DNA from: Ranitomeya imitator
Lineage: Eukaryota
Assembly: GCF_032444005.1 (NCBI RefSeq)
Contig: NC_091283.1
Span: 812,758,001-812,822,000 of the forward strand
DNA: 64,000 nt
Direction of reading: 5' to 3'
The position numbers and the translations under genes were made by a program. Within the stretch, counting starts at the first letter, position 1. Each line of letters starts with the position of its first letter. This document shows, piece after piece, positions 1 to 12,473 of the stretch. The notes below the pieces were generated by a model. The model was not told the DNA's origin and ran no database searches. It worked only from the letters and a program-made list of their open reading frames with translations.

Positions 1-699
1 AGTTTATGAGTCTGAATTCTACAGTAAAAAAAGACAAAATCCTGCGTTACCATGCATTTTTCAGAATTCCCATAGAAGTCTATAGAGAAAAACAAACACA
101 GTTCAGTCTTTAACCGCCTTGTTGGCAGGAGTCACCTCAACATTGATTGGACAATTAGATTTTTAGAAAAAACAAACAAACAAACAAACAAACAGTATTT
201 ACACTGAACACGGCCTGAACATGAAAAGATACAAATTCAGCAGATGCCTATCCTGTGATGTACATCATCCAGATCCCCCGCACCCCCAGTATCTGCAGGC
301 CCAGAATGATGCAAGGATTTCTGGGAACTGTAGTTCCTCCCAAGAGCTAGAGACCACCGCTATAAATGCCAATCATTCATGGTCAGAGCTGGATACTGGG
401 GGGCACATGCAGCCATCACTGGAGTCCAGGGGGATACAGCTGGTTAGCTATGTACTGACAGGCAGCATTGTATGGCCGCATCCATAGGATGTCAGAGCCT
501 CCGCATCACTCACGGGCCACACCTGGGAACACAGTGCGACCTCATCGTACAATCAAATCGTACCAATCATTTCAGACGACAAATCGCATCCGGCACCAGA
601 GCACCAACCCTTTTATTGAGAAGGAAGGAAGTGAGACAATGTAAGAAGCCGCTGCCGGCAGGATGATGCAATGCCATGCGGGCACCGAGCACCACAGCC

Positions 700-1070
700 C
701 GCCCCGACCACAGAACATGCCCCAAACAGTCACTTATCGATCCCGACCCCTGCACCGAGACTCCCGGGTCACCCACCTGCTCCAATCACCCTGCTGCCAG
801 CGAGACCGCGCCCCCTCCAGGCCCCTCTTATGTAGAATCGCCGCCGGGTGACGTTCGGCAGGGTTTTAGTTGATTGGTTGAAATACTAGCCAGGTGACCA
901 ATCACATTGTTCGTTTGAGCCATCTCCCTCCTCTCGCCCCCTTGTGCGTGACAGATGGGCGGAGCCGAGAGAAGGCAAGAATGTGCAGAGCGCGGCGTTC
1001 TATTACTGTGCAGCCACACCACGTGACTCACTGGTCTATTACTGTAGATCCACACCACGTGACTGCCTGC
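700..1070 (-). promoter_or_regulatory. CpG-rich promoter region with putative non-coding first exon facing left (possibly OAT by synteny)
   Basis: CCAAT boxes at 873-877 (ATTGG) and 898-902; two CACGTGAC E-boxes at 1020 and 1056 inside a short tandem duplication; CpG-rich; minus-strand splice donor GCAG|GTGGGT at 777/776. Gene identity is inferred only from the human order OAT-NKX1-2-LHPP. Confidence 0.4.
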
Positions 1071-1077
1071 ATTACAC

Positions 1078-4000
1078 CTGTACACTGCGCTGTATACTGT
1101 GCTGTATAATGTACTGTATACTGTGCTGTATAATGTACTGTATACTGTGCTCCATACTGTACTGTATACTGTGCTGTATAATGTACTGTATACTGTGCTC
1201 CATACTGTACTGTATACTGTGCTGTATAATGTACTGTATACTGTTCTCCATACTGTGCTGTATAATGTACTGTATACTGTGCTGTATAATGTACTGTATA
1301 CTGTGCTGTATAATGTACTGTATACTGTGCTCCATACTGTGCTGTATACTGTGCTGTATAATGTACTGTATACTGTGCTCCATACTGTACTGTATACTGT
1401 GCTGTATAATGTACTGTATACTGTTCTCCATACTGTGCTGTATAATGTACTGTATACTGTGCTCCATACTGTACTGTATACTGTGCTGTATAATGTACTG
1501 TATACTGTGCTCCATACTGTACTGTATACTGTGCTGTATAATGTACTGTATACTGTTCTCCATACTGTGCTGTATAATGTACTGTATACTGTGCTGTATA
1601 ATGTACTGTATACTGTGCTGTATAATGTACTGTATACTGTGCTCCATACTGTACTGTATACTGTGCTGTATAATGTACTATATACTGTGCTCCATACTGT
1701 ACTGTATACTGTGCTGTATAATGTACTGTATACTGTTCTCCATACTGTGCTGTATAATGTACTGTATACTGTGCTCCATACTGTACTGTATACTGTGCTG
1801 TATAATGTACTGCATACTGTGCTCCATACTGTACTGTATAATGTACTGTATACTGTGCTGTATAATGTACTGTATACTGTGCTGTATAATGTACTGTATA
1901 CTGTGCTCCATACTGTGCTGTATAATGTACTGTATACTGTGCTCCATACTGTACTGTATACTGTGCTGTATAATGTACTGTATACTGTACTGTATACTGT
2001 GCTGTATAATGTACTGTATACTGTTCTCCATACTGTGCTGTATAATGTACTGTATACTGTGCTGTATAATGTACTGTATACTGTGCTCCATACTGTGCTG
2101 TATAATGTACTGTATACTGTGCTGTATAATGTACTGTATACTGTGCTCTATACTGTGCTGTATAATGTACTGTATACTGTGCAGCATAATGTACTGTATA
2201 CTGTGCTCTATACTGTGCTGTATAATGTACTGTATACTGTGCTGTATAATGTACTGTATACTGTGCTGTATAATGTACTGTATACTGTGCTCCATACTGT
2301 GCTGTATAATGTACTGCATACTGTGCTCCATACTGTACTGTATAATGTACTGTATACTGTGCTGTATAATGTACTGTATACTGTGCTGTATAATGTACTG
2401 TATACTGTGCTCCATACTGTGCTGTATAATGTACTGTATACTGTGCTCCATACTGTACTGTATACTGTGCTGTATAATGTACTGTATACTGTACTGTATA
2501 CTGTGCTGTATAATGTACTGTATACTGTTCTCCATACTGTGCTGTATAATGTACTGTATACTGTGCTGTATAATGTACTGTATACTGTGCTCCATACTGT
2601 GCTGTATAATGTACTGTATACTGTGCTGTATAATGTACTGTATACTGTGCTCTATACTGTGCTGTATAATGTACTGTATACTGTGCAGCATAATGTACTG
2701 TATACTGTGCTCTATACTGTGCTGTATAATGTACTGTATACTGTGCTGTATAATGTACTGTATACTGTGCTGTATAATGTACTGTATACTGTGCTCCATA
2801 CTGTGCTGTATAATGTACTGTATACTGTGCTGTATAATGTACTGTATACTGTGCTCCATACTGTACTGTATACTGTGCTGTATAATGTACTGTATACTGT
2901 TCTCCATACTGTGCTGTATAATGTACTGTATACTGTGCTGTATAATGTACTGTATACTGTGCTGTATAATGTACTGTATACTGTGCTCCATACTGTACTG
3001 TATACTGTGCTGTATAATGTACTGTATACTGTGCTCCATACTGTACTGTATACTGTGCTGTATAATGTACTGTATACTGTTCTCCATACTGTGCTGTATA
3101 ATGTACTGTATACTGTGCTGTATAATGTACTGTATACTGTGCTGTATAATGTACTGTATACTGTGCTCCATACTGTACTGTATACTGTGCTGTATAATGT
3201 ACTATATACTGTGCTCCATACTGTACTGTATACTGTGCTGTATAATGTACTGTATACTGTTCTCCATACTGTGCTGTATAATGTACTGTATACTGTGCTC
3301 CATACTGTACTGTATACTGTGCTGTATAATGTACTGCATACTGTGCTCCATACTGTACTGTATAATGTACTGTATACTGTGCTGTATAATGTACTGTATA
3401 CTGTGCTGTATAATGTACTGTATACTGTGCTCCATACTATGCTGTATAATGTACTGTATACTGTGCTCCATACTGTACTGTATACTGTGCTGTATAATGT
3501 ACTGTATACTGTACTGTATACTGTGCTGTATAATGTACTGTATACTGTTCTCCATACTGTGCTGTATAATGTACTGTATACTGTGCTGTATAATGTACTG
3601 TATACTGTGCTCCATACTGTGCTGTATAATGTACTGTATACTGTGCTGTATAATGTACTGTATACTGTGCTCTATACTGTGCTGTATAATGTACTGTATA
3701 CTGTGCAGCATAATGTACTGTATACTGTGCTCTATACTGTGCTGTATAATGTACTGTATACTGTGCTGTATAATGTACTGTATACTGTGCTGTATAATGT
3801 ACTGTATACTGTGCTCCATACTGTGCTGTATAATGTACTGTATACTGTGCTGTATAATGTACTGTATACTGTGCTCCATACTGTACTGTATACTGTGCTG
3901 TATAATGTACTGTATACTGTTCTCCATACTGTGCTGTATAATGTACTGTATACTGTGCTGTATACTGTGCTCCATAATGTACTGTATACTGTGCTGTATA

Positions 4001-6937
4001 ATGTACTGTATACTGTGCTCCATACTGTGCTGTATAATGTACTGTATACTGTGCTGTATAATGTACTGTATACTGTGCTCTATACTGTGCTGTATAATGT
4101 ACTGTATACTGTGCTGTATAATGTACTGTATACTGTGCTGTATAATGTACTGTATACTGTGCTCCATACTGTGCTGTATAATGTACTGTATACTGTGCTG
4201 TATAATGTACTGTATACTGTGCTGTATAATGTACTGTATACTGTGCTCCATACTGTGCTGTATAATGTACTGTATACTGTGCAGCATCATGTACTGTATA
4301 CTGTGCTCTATACTGTGCTGTATAATGTACTGTATGCTGCGCTCTATACTGTGCTGTATAATGTACTGTATACTGTGCTCTATACTGTGCTGTATAATGT
4401 ACTGTATACTGTGCTGTATAATGTACTGTATACTGTGCTGTATAATGTACTGTATACTGTGCTCCATACTGTGCTGTATAATGTACTGTATACTGTGCAG
4501 CATAATGTACTGTATACTGTGCTCTATACTGTGCTGTATAATGTACTGTATGCTGCACTCTATACTGTGCTGTATAATGTACTGTATACTGTGCTGTATA
4601 ATGTACTGTATACTGTGCTGTATAATGTACTGTATACTGTGCTCCATACTGTGCTGTATAATGTACTGTATACTGTGCTGTATAATGTACTGTATACTGT
4701 GCTCCATACTGTGCTGTATAATGTACTGTATACTGTGCTGTATAATGTACTGTATACTGTGCTCCATACTGTGCTGTATAATGTACTGTATACTGTGCTC
4801 CATACTGTGCTGTATAATGTACTGTATACTGTGCTGTATAATGTACTGTATACTGTGCTCTATACTGCGCTGTATAATGTACTGTATACTGTGCTCTATA
4901 CTGTGCTGTATACTGTGCTCCATACTGTGCTGTATAATGTACTGTATACTGTCCTCTATACTGTGCTGTATAATGTACTGTATACTGTGCTCTATACTGT
5001 GCTGTATAATGTACTGTATACTGTGCTCTATACTGTGCTGTATAATGTACTGTATACTGTGCTGTATAATGTACTGTATACTGTGCTCTATACTGCGCTG
5101 TATAATGTACTGTATACTGTGCTCTATACAGTGCTGTATAATGTACTGTATTCTGTGCTCTATACTGTGCTGTATACTGTGCTCCATACTGTGCTGTATA
5201 ATGTACTGTATACTGTGCTCTATACTGCGCTGTATAATGTACTGTATACTGTGCTCTATACAGTGCTGTATAATGTACTGTATACTGTGCTCTATACTGT
5301 GCTGTATACTGTGCTCCATACTGCGCTGTATAATGTACTGTGCTGTATAATGTACTGTATACTGTGCTGTATACTGCGCTGTATAATGTACTGTATACTG
5401 TGCTCTATACTGCGCTGTATAATGTACTGTATACTGTGCTCTATACTGCGCTGTATAATGTACTGTATACTGTGCTCTATACTGTGCTGTATAATGTACT
5501 GTATACTGTGCTCTATACTGTGCTGTATAATGTACTGTATACTGTGCTCTATACTGTGCTGTATAATGTACTGTATACTGTGCTCTATACTGTGCTGTAT
5601 ACTGTGCTCCATACTGCGCTGTATAATGTACTGTGCTGTATAATGTACTGTATACTGTGCTGTATAATGTACTGTATACTGTGCTCTATACTGCGCTGTA
5701 TAATGTACTGTATACTGTGCTCTATACTGTGCTGTATAATGTACTGTATACTGTGCTCTATACTGTGCTGTATAATGTACTGTATACCGTGCTCTATACT
5801 GCGCTGTATAATGTACTGTGCTGTATAATGTACTGTATACTGTGCTGTATAATGTACTGTATACTGTGCTCTATACTGCGCTGTATAATGTACTGTATAC
5901 TGTGCTCTATACTGTGCTCTATAATGTACTGTATACTGTGCTCTATACTGTGCTGTATAATGTACTGTATACTGTGCTCTATACAGTGCTGTATATTGGA
6001 TTGTATACTGCGCTCTATACAGTGCTGTGTATTGGGTTGTATACTGTGCTCTATGCTGTATATTGGGTTGTATAATGTTTTCTATAGTGTGCTGTATATT
6101 GGGTTGTGTACTGTGCTCCATACTGTGCTGTATAGTGGATTGTATACTGTGCTCTGTACAGTGCTGCATATTGGGTTGTATACTATGCTCTATACTGTGC
6201 TGTATATTGGATTGTATACTGCGCTCTATACAGTGCTGTGTATTGGGTTGTGTACTGTGCTCCACACTGTGCTGTATATTGGGTTGTATACTGCGCTCTA
6301 TACTGTACTGCGCTCTATACTGTGCTGTATAGTGGGTTGTATAATGTGCTCTATACTGTGCTGTATATTGGGTTGTATAATGTGCTCTATAGTGTGCTGT
6401 ATATTGGATTGTGTACTGTGATCTATACAGTGCTGCATATTGGGTTGTATACTGTGCTCTATACTGTGCTGTATATTGCATTGTGTACTGTGCTCTATAC
6501 CGTGCTGTATATTGGGTTGTTTTGTGCTCCATACTGTGCTGTTTATTGGGTTGTATACTGTGCTCTATACTGTGCTGTATATTGAGTTGTATACTGTGCT
6601 CCATACTGTGCTGTATATTGGGTTGTATATTGTGCTCCATACTGTGCTGTATAGTGGATTGTATACTATGCTCTATACTGTGCTGTGCTCTATACTGTTC
6701 TGTATATTGGATTGTATACTGTGCTCTATACAGTGCTGTATATTGGATTGTATACTGCGCTCTATACTGTACTGTGCTCTATACTGTGCTGTATACAGTG
6801 CTGTATATTTAGTTGTATACTGCGCTCTACATTGTGCTGTATATTGGGTTGTATAATGTGTTATGTACTGTGCTGTATACTGCGCTCTATACTATGCTGT
6901 ATACTGTGCTCTATACTGCTAGGTACTGTGCTGTATA
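1078..6937. repeat. 12-bp-unit satellite (TATACTGTGCTG / TATAATGTACTG / CATACTGT..), homogeneous to about 5.99 kb, then degenerate
   Basis: Direct reading: 12-bp register visible on consecutive lines; diagnostic variants recur at 180, 504 and 1524 bp; a short remnant resumes after 13891. Confidence 0.97.
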
Positions 6938-7496
6938 TGCAGCGCCCCAGAGTCCTGGATCGTTGCAGTAATGTTATTCTTCCACCAGGGGGGAGTGATG
7001 TTACGTCTGAAGGCAATGAAGGAGATCTTCTGTCCAGGTATCACAGCCACACACACACTTCACACTCCAGTCCACCAGGGGGAGCTAAGGGTTCTATCTA
7101 TTAGGCCACTCCTCACATTAGGGTAAAACTGGTAGGTTGGTTAAGAAGTTAGTCAGTAGTACGAGGAGAGGAGAGTTCCTGACTGGAGACCGAAGAGGAA
7201 AGGTCTCCCGGTCGAGCTGGCTGGGGTGATCTCCAGTTAGATCCAGACTACAATCTGAGGAGGAAGAAGGACACGGAGCTGCGCCTGCAAGCCATGCGGC
7301 AGCATCCTAAGAAAGGACACGAAAGGAAATGTGCTGTAGTGAGTGAGAAAAGAAGTCATAGCAACAGGAGTGAAACATCAGTGGGAGACCAGCTAGAAGC
7401 AGGCTGCCTCCATCTGAAGCGCAGATCCGGTGGCCAGAATACCGAGGGAGTAAAGAGCTCTATGCCGTTACTTCAGAGACTGGCAGGACAGTTAAT

Positions 7497-8238
7497 TGTC
7501 ATGATCCCAATGGCAGGGGATCACAAAAATGACAAGCACAGATACAAACAAGCTCTAGGGCGATGGAACCTGAGCTGACCGTGACCCTAAACCTAACACA
7601 CAAATAAAAGTAGCCGGGGAACGTGCCTACGATGATCCTAGACATCTCGCTCCAGCCGAAGATCTAACTTCCCCTATCAGAAGAAACACAGACCTCTCTT
7701 GCCTCCAGAGAAATACCCCACAGCAAATAGCAGCCCCCCACATATAATGACGGTGAAATGAGAGGAAAGCACATACGTAGTATGAAAACAGTTTCAGCAA
7801 AATGAGGCCCGCTAAAGCTAGATAGCAGAGGATACAAAAGTGAACTGCGCGGTCAGCGAAAAACCCTTCAAAAAACCATCCTGAAATTACTTGAACTCAT
7901 GTGCCAACTCATGGTACATGAAAAGCAATTTCAGCCCACTAGAGCAACCAGCAGCAGAGAATCACATATCTGCAGGCTGGACTAAAACCCAAATTAAGCA
8001 AAACACAAAACAGGAAAATCCAAACTTAGCTTGTCCAGAAGGTTCTAGGAGCAGGGAGCAGAGGTAACAAGACACACTGGATACATTGATAACCGGCGAG
8101 GAAATGCCAGCAAAGCCAGGTTAAATAGGAAACTCCCATATGCTGATGGAACAGGTGGAACCCAGAAACCCAGGAAAGACAAGTCACCCAGTACCATCAG
8201 TAACCACCAGAGGGAGCCCAAAAACAGAACTCACAACA
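7497..8238 (-). repeat. 3' LTR of gypsy element
   Basis: 742 bp; differs from 12474-13215 at 4 positions by eye (all A/G); preceded on the minus strand by the polypurine tract AAGGGGGGGG (8242-8251). Confidence 0.97.
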
Positions 8239-11200
8239 GTACCCCCCCCTTGAGGAGGGGTCACCGAACCCTCACGAGAACCACCAGGGCGACCAGGATG
8301 AGCCCTATGAAAAGCGCGAACCAAATCATCAGCATGAACATCCGAGGCAACCACCCAAGAATTATCCTCCTGACCATAACCCTTCCACTTGACCAAATAC
8401 TGGAGTTTCCGTCTGGAAACACGAGAATCCAAGATCTTCTCCACAACATACTCCAATTCTCCCTCCACCAGCACTGGAGCAGGAGGCTCAAGCGAAGGAA
8501 CAACAGGTACCTCATACTTCCGCAACAACGACCGATGGAACACATTATGAATAGCAAACGATGCCGGGAGATCCAAACGAAACGACACAGGGTTAAGAAT
8601 TTCCAAGATCCTATAGGGACCGATGAACCGAGGCTTGAACTTAGGAGAAGAGACCTTCATAGGAACAAAACGAGAAGACAACCACACCAAGTCACCAACA
8701 AGAAGTCGAGGACCCACGCGGCGACGGCGATTAGCAAACTGCTGAGCCTTCTCCTGGGACAACTTCAAATTGTCCACCACATGACTCCAAATCCGATGCA
8801 ACCTATCCACCACCATGTCAGGACAATCAGAAGGTTCCACCTGACCAGAGGAAAAACGAGGATGAAACCCCGAATTACAAAAGAAAGGAGAAACCAAGGT
8901 AGCAGAACTAGCCCGATTATTAAGGGCAAACTCGGCCAGCGGCAAAAAGGTAACCCAGTCATCCTGATCAGCAGAAACAAAACACCTTAAATAAGTTTCC
9001 AAGGTCTGATTAGTTCGTTCAGTCTGGCCATTCGTCTGAGGATGGAATGCAGACGAAAAGGACAAATCAATGCCCATCTTAGCACAGAACGTCCGCCAAA
9101 ATCTAGACACAAACTGGGATCCCCTGTCAGAAACGATGTTCTCAGGAATCCCATGCAAACGAACCACATTCTGAAAAAACAGAGGGACCAACTCAGAGGA
9201 GGAAGGCAACTTAGGCAAGGGTACCAGATGAACCATTTTAGAAAAGCGATCACACACAACCCAGATGACGGACATTTTTTGAGAGACAGGGAGATCCGAA
9301 ATAAAGTCCATGGAAATGTGCGTCCAAGGCCTCTTCGGGATAGGCAAAGGTGACAACAATCCACTGGCCCGAGAACAGCAAGGCTTAGCCCGAGCGCAAA
9401 CCTCACAAGACTGCACAAAAGAACGCACATCCCTCGACAAGGAAGGCCACCAAAAAGACCTGGCCACCAAGTCTCTAGTACCAAATATTCCAGGATGACC
9501 TGCCAACGCAGAAGAATGGACCTCGGAGATGACTCTACTGGTCCAATTATCCGGAACAAACAGTCTCTCAGGCGGACAACGATCAGGTTTACCCGCCTGA
9601 AACTCCTGCAAAGCACGTCGCAAGTCTGGGGAGACAGCAGACAAAATCACCCCATCCCTAAGGATACCAGAGGGCTCAGAATTTCCAAGGGAGTCAGGCA
9701 CAAAACTCCTAGAAAGAGCATCCGCCTTCACATTCTTTGAACCTGGCAAGTATGAAACCACAAAATTGAAACGAGAGAAAAACAGTGACCAACGAGCCTG
9801 TCTAGGATTCAGACGCCTGGCAGACTCAAGGTAAATCAAATTTTTGTGATCAGTCAAGACCACCACACGATGTCTAGCACCCTCTAGCCAATGACGCCAC
9901 TCCTCAAATGCCCACTTCATGGCCAAAAGTTCCCGATTACCAACATCATAATTCCGCTCAGCCGGCGAAAACTTTCTAGAAAAAAACGCGCATGGCTTCA
10001 TCACTGAGCCATCGGAGCTTCTCTGTGACAAAACCGCCCCCGCTCCAATCTCGGAAGCATCAACCTCAACCTGAAAAGGGAGCGAAACATCTGGCTGACG
10101 CAACACAGGAGCAGAAGAAAACCGGCGCTTAAGTTCCTGAAAGGCCTCCACAGCCGCAGGAGACCAATTAGCAACATCAGCACCCTTCTTAGTCAAATCC
10201 GTCAAAGGCTTAACAACACTAGAAAAATTAGTTATAAAACGACGATAGAAATTAGCAAAGCCCAAGAACTTCTGTAGACTCTTAAGAGATGTAGGCTGCG
10301 TCCAGTCACAAATAGCCTGAACCTTGACGGGATCCATCTCAATAGTAGAAGGGGAAAAAATATACCCCAAGAAAGAAATCTTCTGGACTCCAAAGAGACA
10401 CTCTGAGCCTTTTACAAACAAGGAATTGGCCCGCAGGACCTGAAACACCTTCCTGACCTGCTGAACATGAGACTCCCAGTCATCAGAAAAAACCAAAATA
10501 TCATCCAAATACACAATCATAAATTTATCCAGATATTCACGGAAAATATCGTGCATAAAGGACTGGAAGACTGAAGGAGCATTAGAAAGTCCAAAAGGCA
10601 TTACCAAATACTCAAAATGGCCCTCAGGCGTATTAAATGCGGTTTTCCACTCATCACCTTGCTTTATTCGTATAAGATTATACGCACCCCGAAGATCAAT
10701 CTTAGTGAACCATTTAGCCCCCTTAATGCGAGCAAACAAATCAGTCAACAATGGCAAAGGATACTGATATTTTACGGTAATCTTATTCAAAAGACGATAA
10801 TCTATACAAGGCCTCAAGGAACCATCTTTTTTGGCCACGAAAAAAAAACCTGCTCCCAAAGGGGACAAAGATGGACGGATATGTCCCTTTTCCAAGGACT
10901 CCTTAACATAATCCCGCATAGCAGTATGCTCTGGCACTGACAGATTGAACAAACGACCTTTAGGAAATTTACTGCCTGGAATTAAATTTATAGCACAATC
11001 GCAATCCCTGTGAGGAGGAAGCGAACTGAGCTTAGGCTCCTCAAAAACATCCCGATAGTCAGACAAAAACACAGGAATCTCAGAAGGAGTAGATGAAGCG
11101 ATAGAAATCGGAGGTGCATCATCATGAACCCCCTGACAACCCCAGCTTAACACAGACATTGATTTCCAGTCAAGGACTGGATTATGAGTTTGTAACCATG

Positions 11201-11435
11201 GCAGACCAAGTACTAGAACATCATGCAAATTATACAGTACCAGGAAGCGAATCATCTCCTGATGAACGGGAGTCATACGCATGGTCACTTGTGTCCAGTA
11301 CTGAGGTTTATTCATAGCCAAAGTTGTAGAGTCAATTCCCTTCAAAGGAATAGGGACTTCCAGAGGCTCCAGACTAAACCCACAGCGATTGGCAAATGAC
11401 CAATCCATAAGACTCAGGGCAGCGCCTGAATCCAC
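8184..11435 (-). CDS. pol: Gypsy Pol region: aspartic protease, reverse transcriptase, RNase H, integrase, chromodomain
   Basis: DSGA protease motif, YLDD RT motif, DAS RNase H motif, HHCC and D,D35E integrase (HISMDF / SDRG / TERTNQTLE), GPY module (FIGPYRI), chromodomain (YVVEKILDSR..YLVKWKGY..SW). In frame with gag; the track start is a GTG inside the protease. Confidence 0.96.
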   Translation of the reverse strand: MDSGAALSLMDWSFANRCGFSLEPLEVPIPLKGIDSTTLAMNKPQYWTQVTMRMTPVHQEMIRFLVLYNLHDVLVLGLPWLQTHNPVLDWKSMSVLSWGCQGVHDDAPPISIASSTPSEIPVFLSDYRDVFEEPKLSSLPPHRDCDCAINLIPGSKFPKGRLFNLSVPEHTAMRDYVKESLEKGHIRPSLSPLGAGFFFVAKKDGSLRPCIDYRLLNKITVKYQYPLPLLTDLFARIKGAKWFTKIDLRGAYNLIRIKQGDEWKTAFNTPEGHFEYLVMPFGLSNAPSVFQSFMHDIFREYLDKFMIVYLDDILVFSDDWESHVQQVRKVFQVLRANSLFVKGSECLFGVQKISFLGYIFSPSTIEMDPVKVQAICDWTQPTSLKSLQKFLGFANFYRRFITNFSSVVKPLTDLTKKGADVANWSPAAVEAFQELKRRFSSAPVLRQPDVSLPFQVEVDASEIGAGAVLSQRSSDGSVMKPCAFFSRKFSPAERNYDVGNRELLAMKWAFEEWRHWLEGARHRVVVLTDHKNLIYLESARRLNPRQARWSLFFSRFNFVVSYLPGSKNVKADALSRSFVPDSLGNSEPSGILRDGVILSAVSPDLRRALQEFQAGKPDRCPPERLFVPDNWTSRVISEVHSSALAGHPGIFGTRDLVARSFWWPSLSRDVRSFVQSCEVCARAKPCCSRASGLLSPLPIPKRPWTHISMDFISDLPVSQKMSVIWVVCDRFSKMVHLVPLPKLPSSSELVPLFFQNVVRLHGIPENIVSDRGSQFVSRFWRTFCAKMGIDLSFSSAFHPQTNGQTERTNQTLETYLRCFVSADQDDWVTFLPLAEFALNNRASSATLVSPFFCNSGFHPRFSSGQVEPSDCPDMVVDRLHRIWSHVVDNLKLSQEKAQQFANRRRRVGPRLLVGDLVWLSSRFVPMKVSSPKFKPRFIGPYRILEILNPVSFRLDLPASFAIHNVFHRSLLRKYEVPVVPSLEPPAPVLVEGELEYVVEKILDSRVSRRKLQYLVKWKGYGQEDNSWVVASDVHADDLVRAFHRAHPGRPGGSREGSVTPPQGGGTVVSSVFGLPLVVTDGTG

Positions 11436-11456
11436 ATAGGCATCGACGGAAATGGA

Positions 11457-12293
11457 TTATAATGAACAAATCAGAGTCACAGACAGAATGAACTTAGACT
11501 GCAAAGTACTAATGGCAACAGACTTATCAACCTTTTTTGTGCGTTTAGAGCATGCTGATATAACATGAGCTGAATCACCACAATAAAAGCACAACCCTTT
11601 TTTCCGCCTATACTTTTGCCGTTCACTTCTGGACTGAATTCTATCACATTGCATTATCTCAGGTGACGGTTCAGACGACACCGCCAAATGATGCACAGGT
11701 TTGCGCTCCCGTAAACGCCGATCAATCTGAACAGCCATAGTCATAGACTCATTCAGACCAGCAGGCGCAGGGAACCCCACCATAACATCTTTAATGGCCT
11801 CAGAAAGGCCATCTCTAAACTTTGCAGCCAGAGCGCACTCATTCCACTGAGTAAGTACCGACCACTTCCGAAATTTTTGACAATAAATTTCTGCTTCATC
11901 TTGCCCCTGAGAGAGGGCCAACAAAGCTTTTTCAGCCTGAATCTCTTGGTTAGGTTCCTCATAGAGCAAACCCAATGCCAGAAAAAACGCATCCGCATTA
12001 AGCAATGCAGGGTCCCCTGGTGCCAATGCAAATGCCCAATCCTGAGGGTCACCCCGCAGGAAAGATATAATTATCTTGACTTGCTGAGCAGGGTCTCCAG
12101 AGGAGCGAGATTTCAAAGAAAGAAACAACTTGCAATTGTTCCTAAAATTCAGAAAACGAGATCTATCTCCAGAAAAAAACTCTGGGACAGGAATTCTAGG
12201 TTCAGACATAGGAGCATGTACAACAAAATCCTGTATATCTTGAACCTTAGCGGCAAGATTATTCAGGCTGGAAGCCAAACTCTGGACGTCCAT
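11457..12293 (-). CDS. gag: Gypsy Gag (retrotransposon capsid domain plus CCHC zinc knuckle), ends at in-frame TAA
   Basis: PEFFSGDRSRF capsid-like motif typical of sushi/PEG10-type Gag; CFYCGDSAHVISAC knuckle; same frame as pol, separated only by TAA at 11459-11457. Confidence 0.93.
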   Translation of the reverse strand: MDVQSLASSLNNLAAKVQDIQDFVVHAPMSEPRIPVPEFFSGDRSRFLNFRNNCKLFLSLKSRSSGDPAQQVKIIISFLRGDPQDWAFALAPGDPALLNADAFFLALGLLYEEPNQEIQAEKALLALSQGQDEAEIYCQKFRKWSVLTQWNECALAAKFRDGLSEAIKDVMVGFPAPAGLNESMTMAVQIDRRLRERKPVHHLAVSSEPSPEIMQCDRIQSRSERQKYRRKKGLCFYCGDSAHVISACSKRTKKVDKSVAISTLQSKFILSVTLICSL

Positions 12294-12462
12294 GATAAAC
12301 AGCTGAGATCAGAGCCATTCAAAGATTAAGAGGAGGAGGAAGTAGCCAGGCTGCAATAAGGCTAGGCAGCAAATTCTGAGGGAAAGGGGAAAAAAAAAAA
12401 AAAAAAAACTTCCTCAGACTACTTATCCTCCTACTTCAGCCAATACAATTAACACTTTGTGG

Positions 12463-12471
12463 GCCGGTTAT
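12463..12471 (-). other. Primer-binding site of non-tRNA (self-priming) type
   Basis: Minus-strand ATAACCGGC lies 2 nt after the 5' LTR end, lacks the TGG start expected for a tRNA-complementary PBS, and is complementary to GCCGGTTAT within the LTR (13074-13066). Confidence 0.75.
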
Positions 12472-12473
12472 AC

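Noticed and set aside
944-6856. Very long ORFs (up to 1,514 aa) on both strands, Cys/Ile/Tyr- or Val/Leu/Tyr-rich
   Set aside because: They are translations of the 12-bp satellite, which lacks stops in several frames; overlapping frames on both strands are open, with no domain or splice structure.
8250-12329. Plus-strand and alternative-frame ORFs over the gypsy element (e.g. 8250-8990, 11877-12329)
   Set aside because: Shadow ORFs of gag-pol with no recognisable motifs; no env-like ORF is present.
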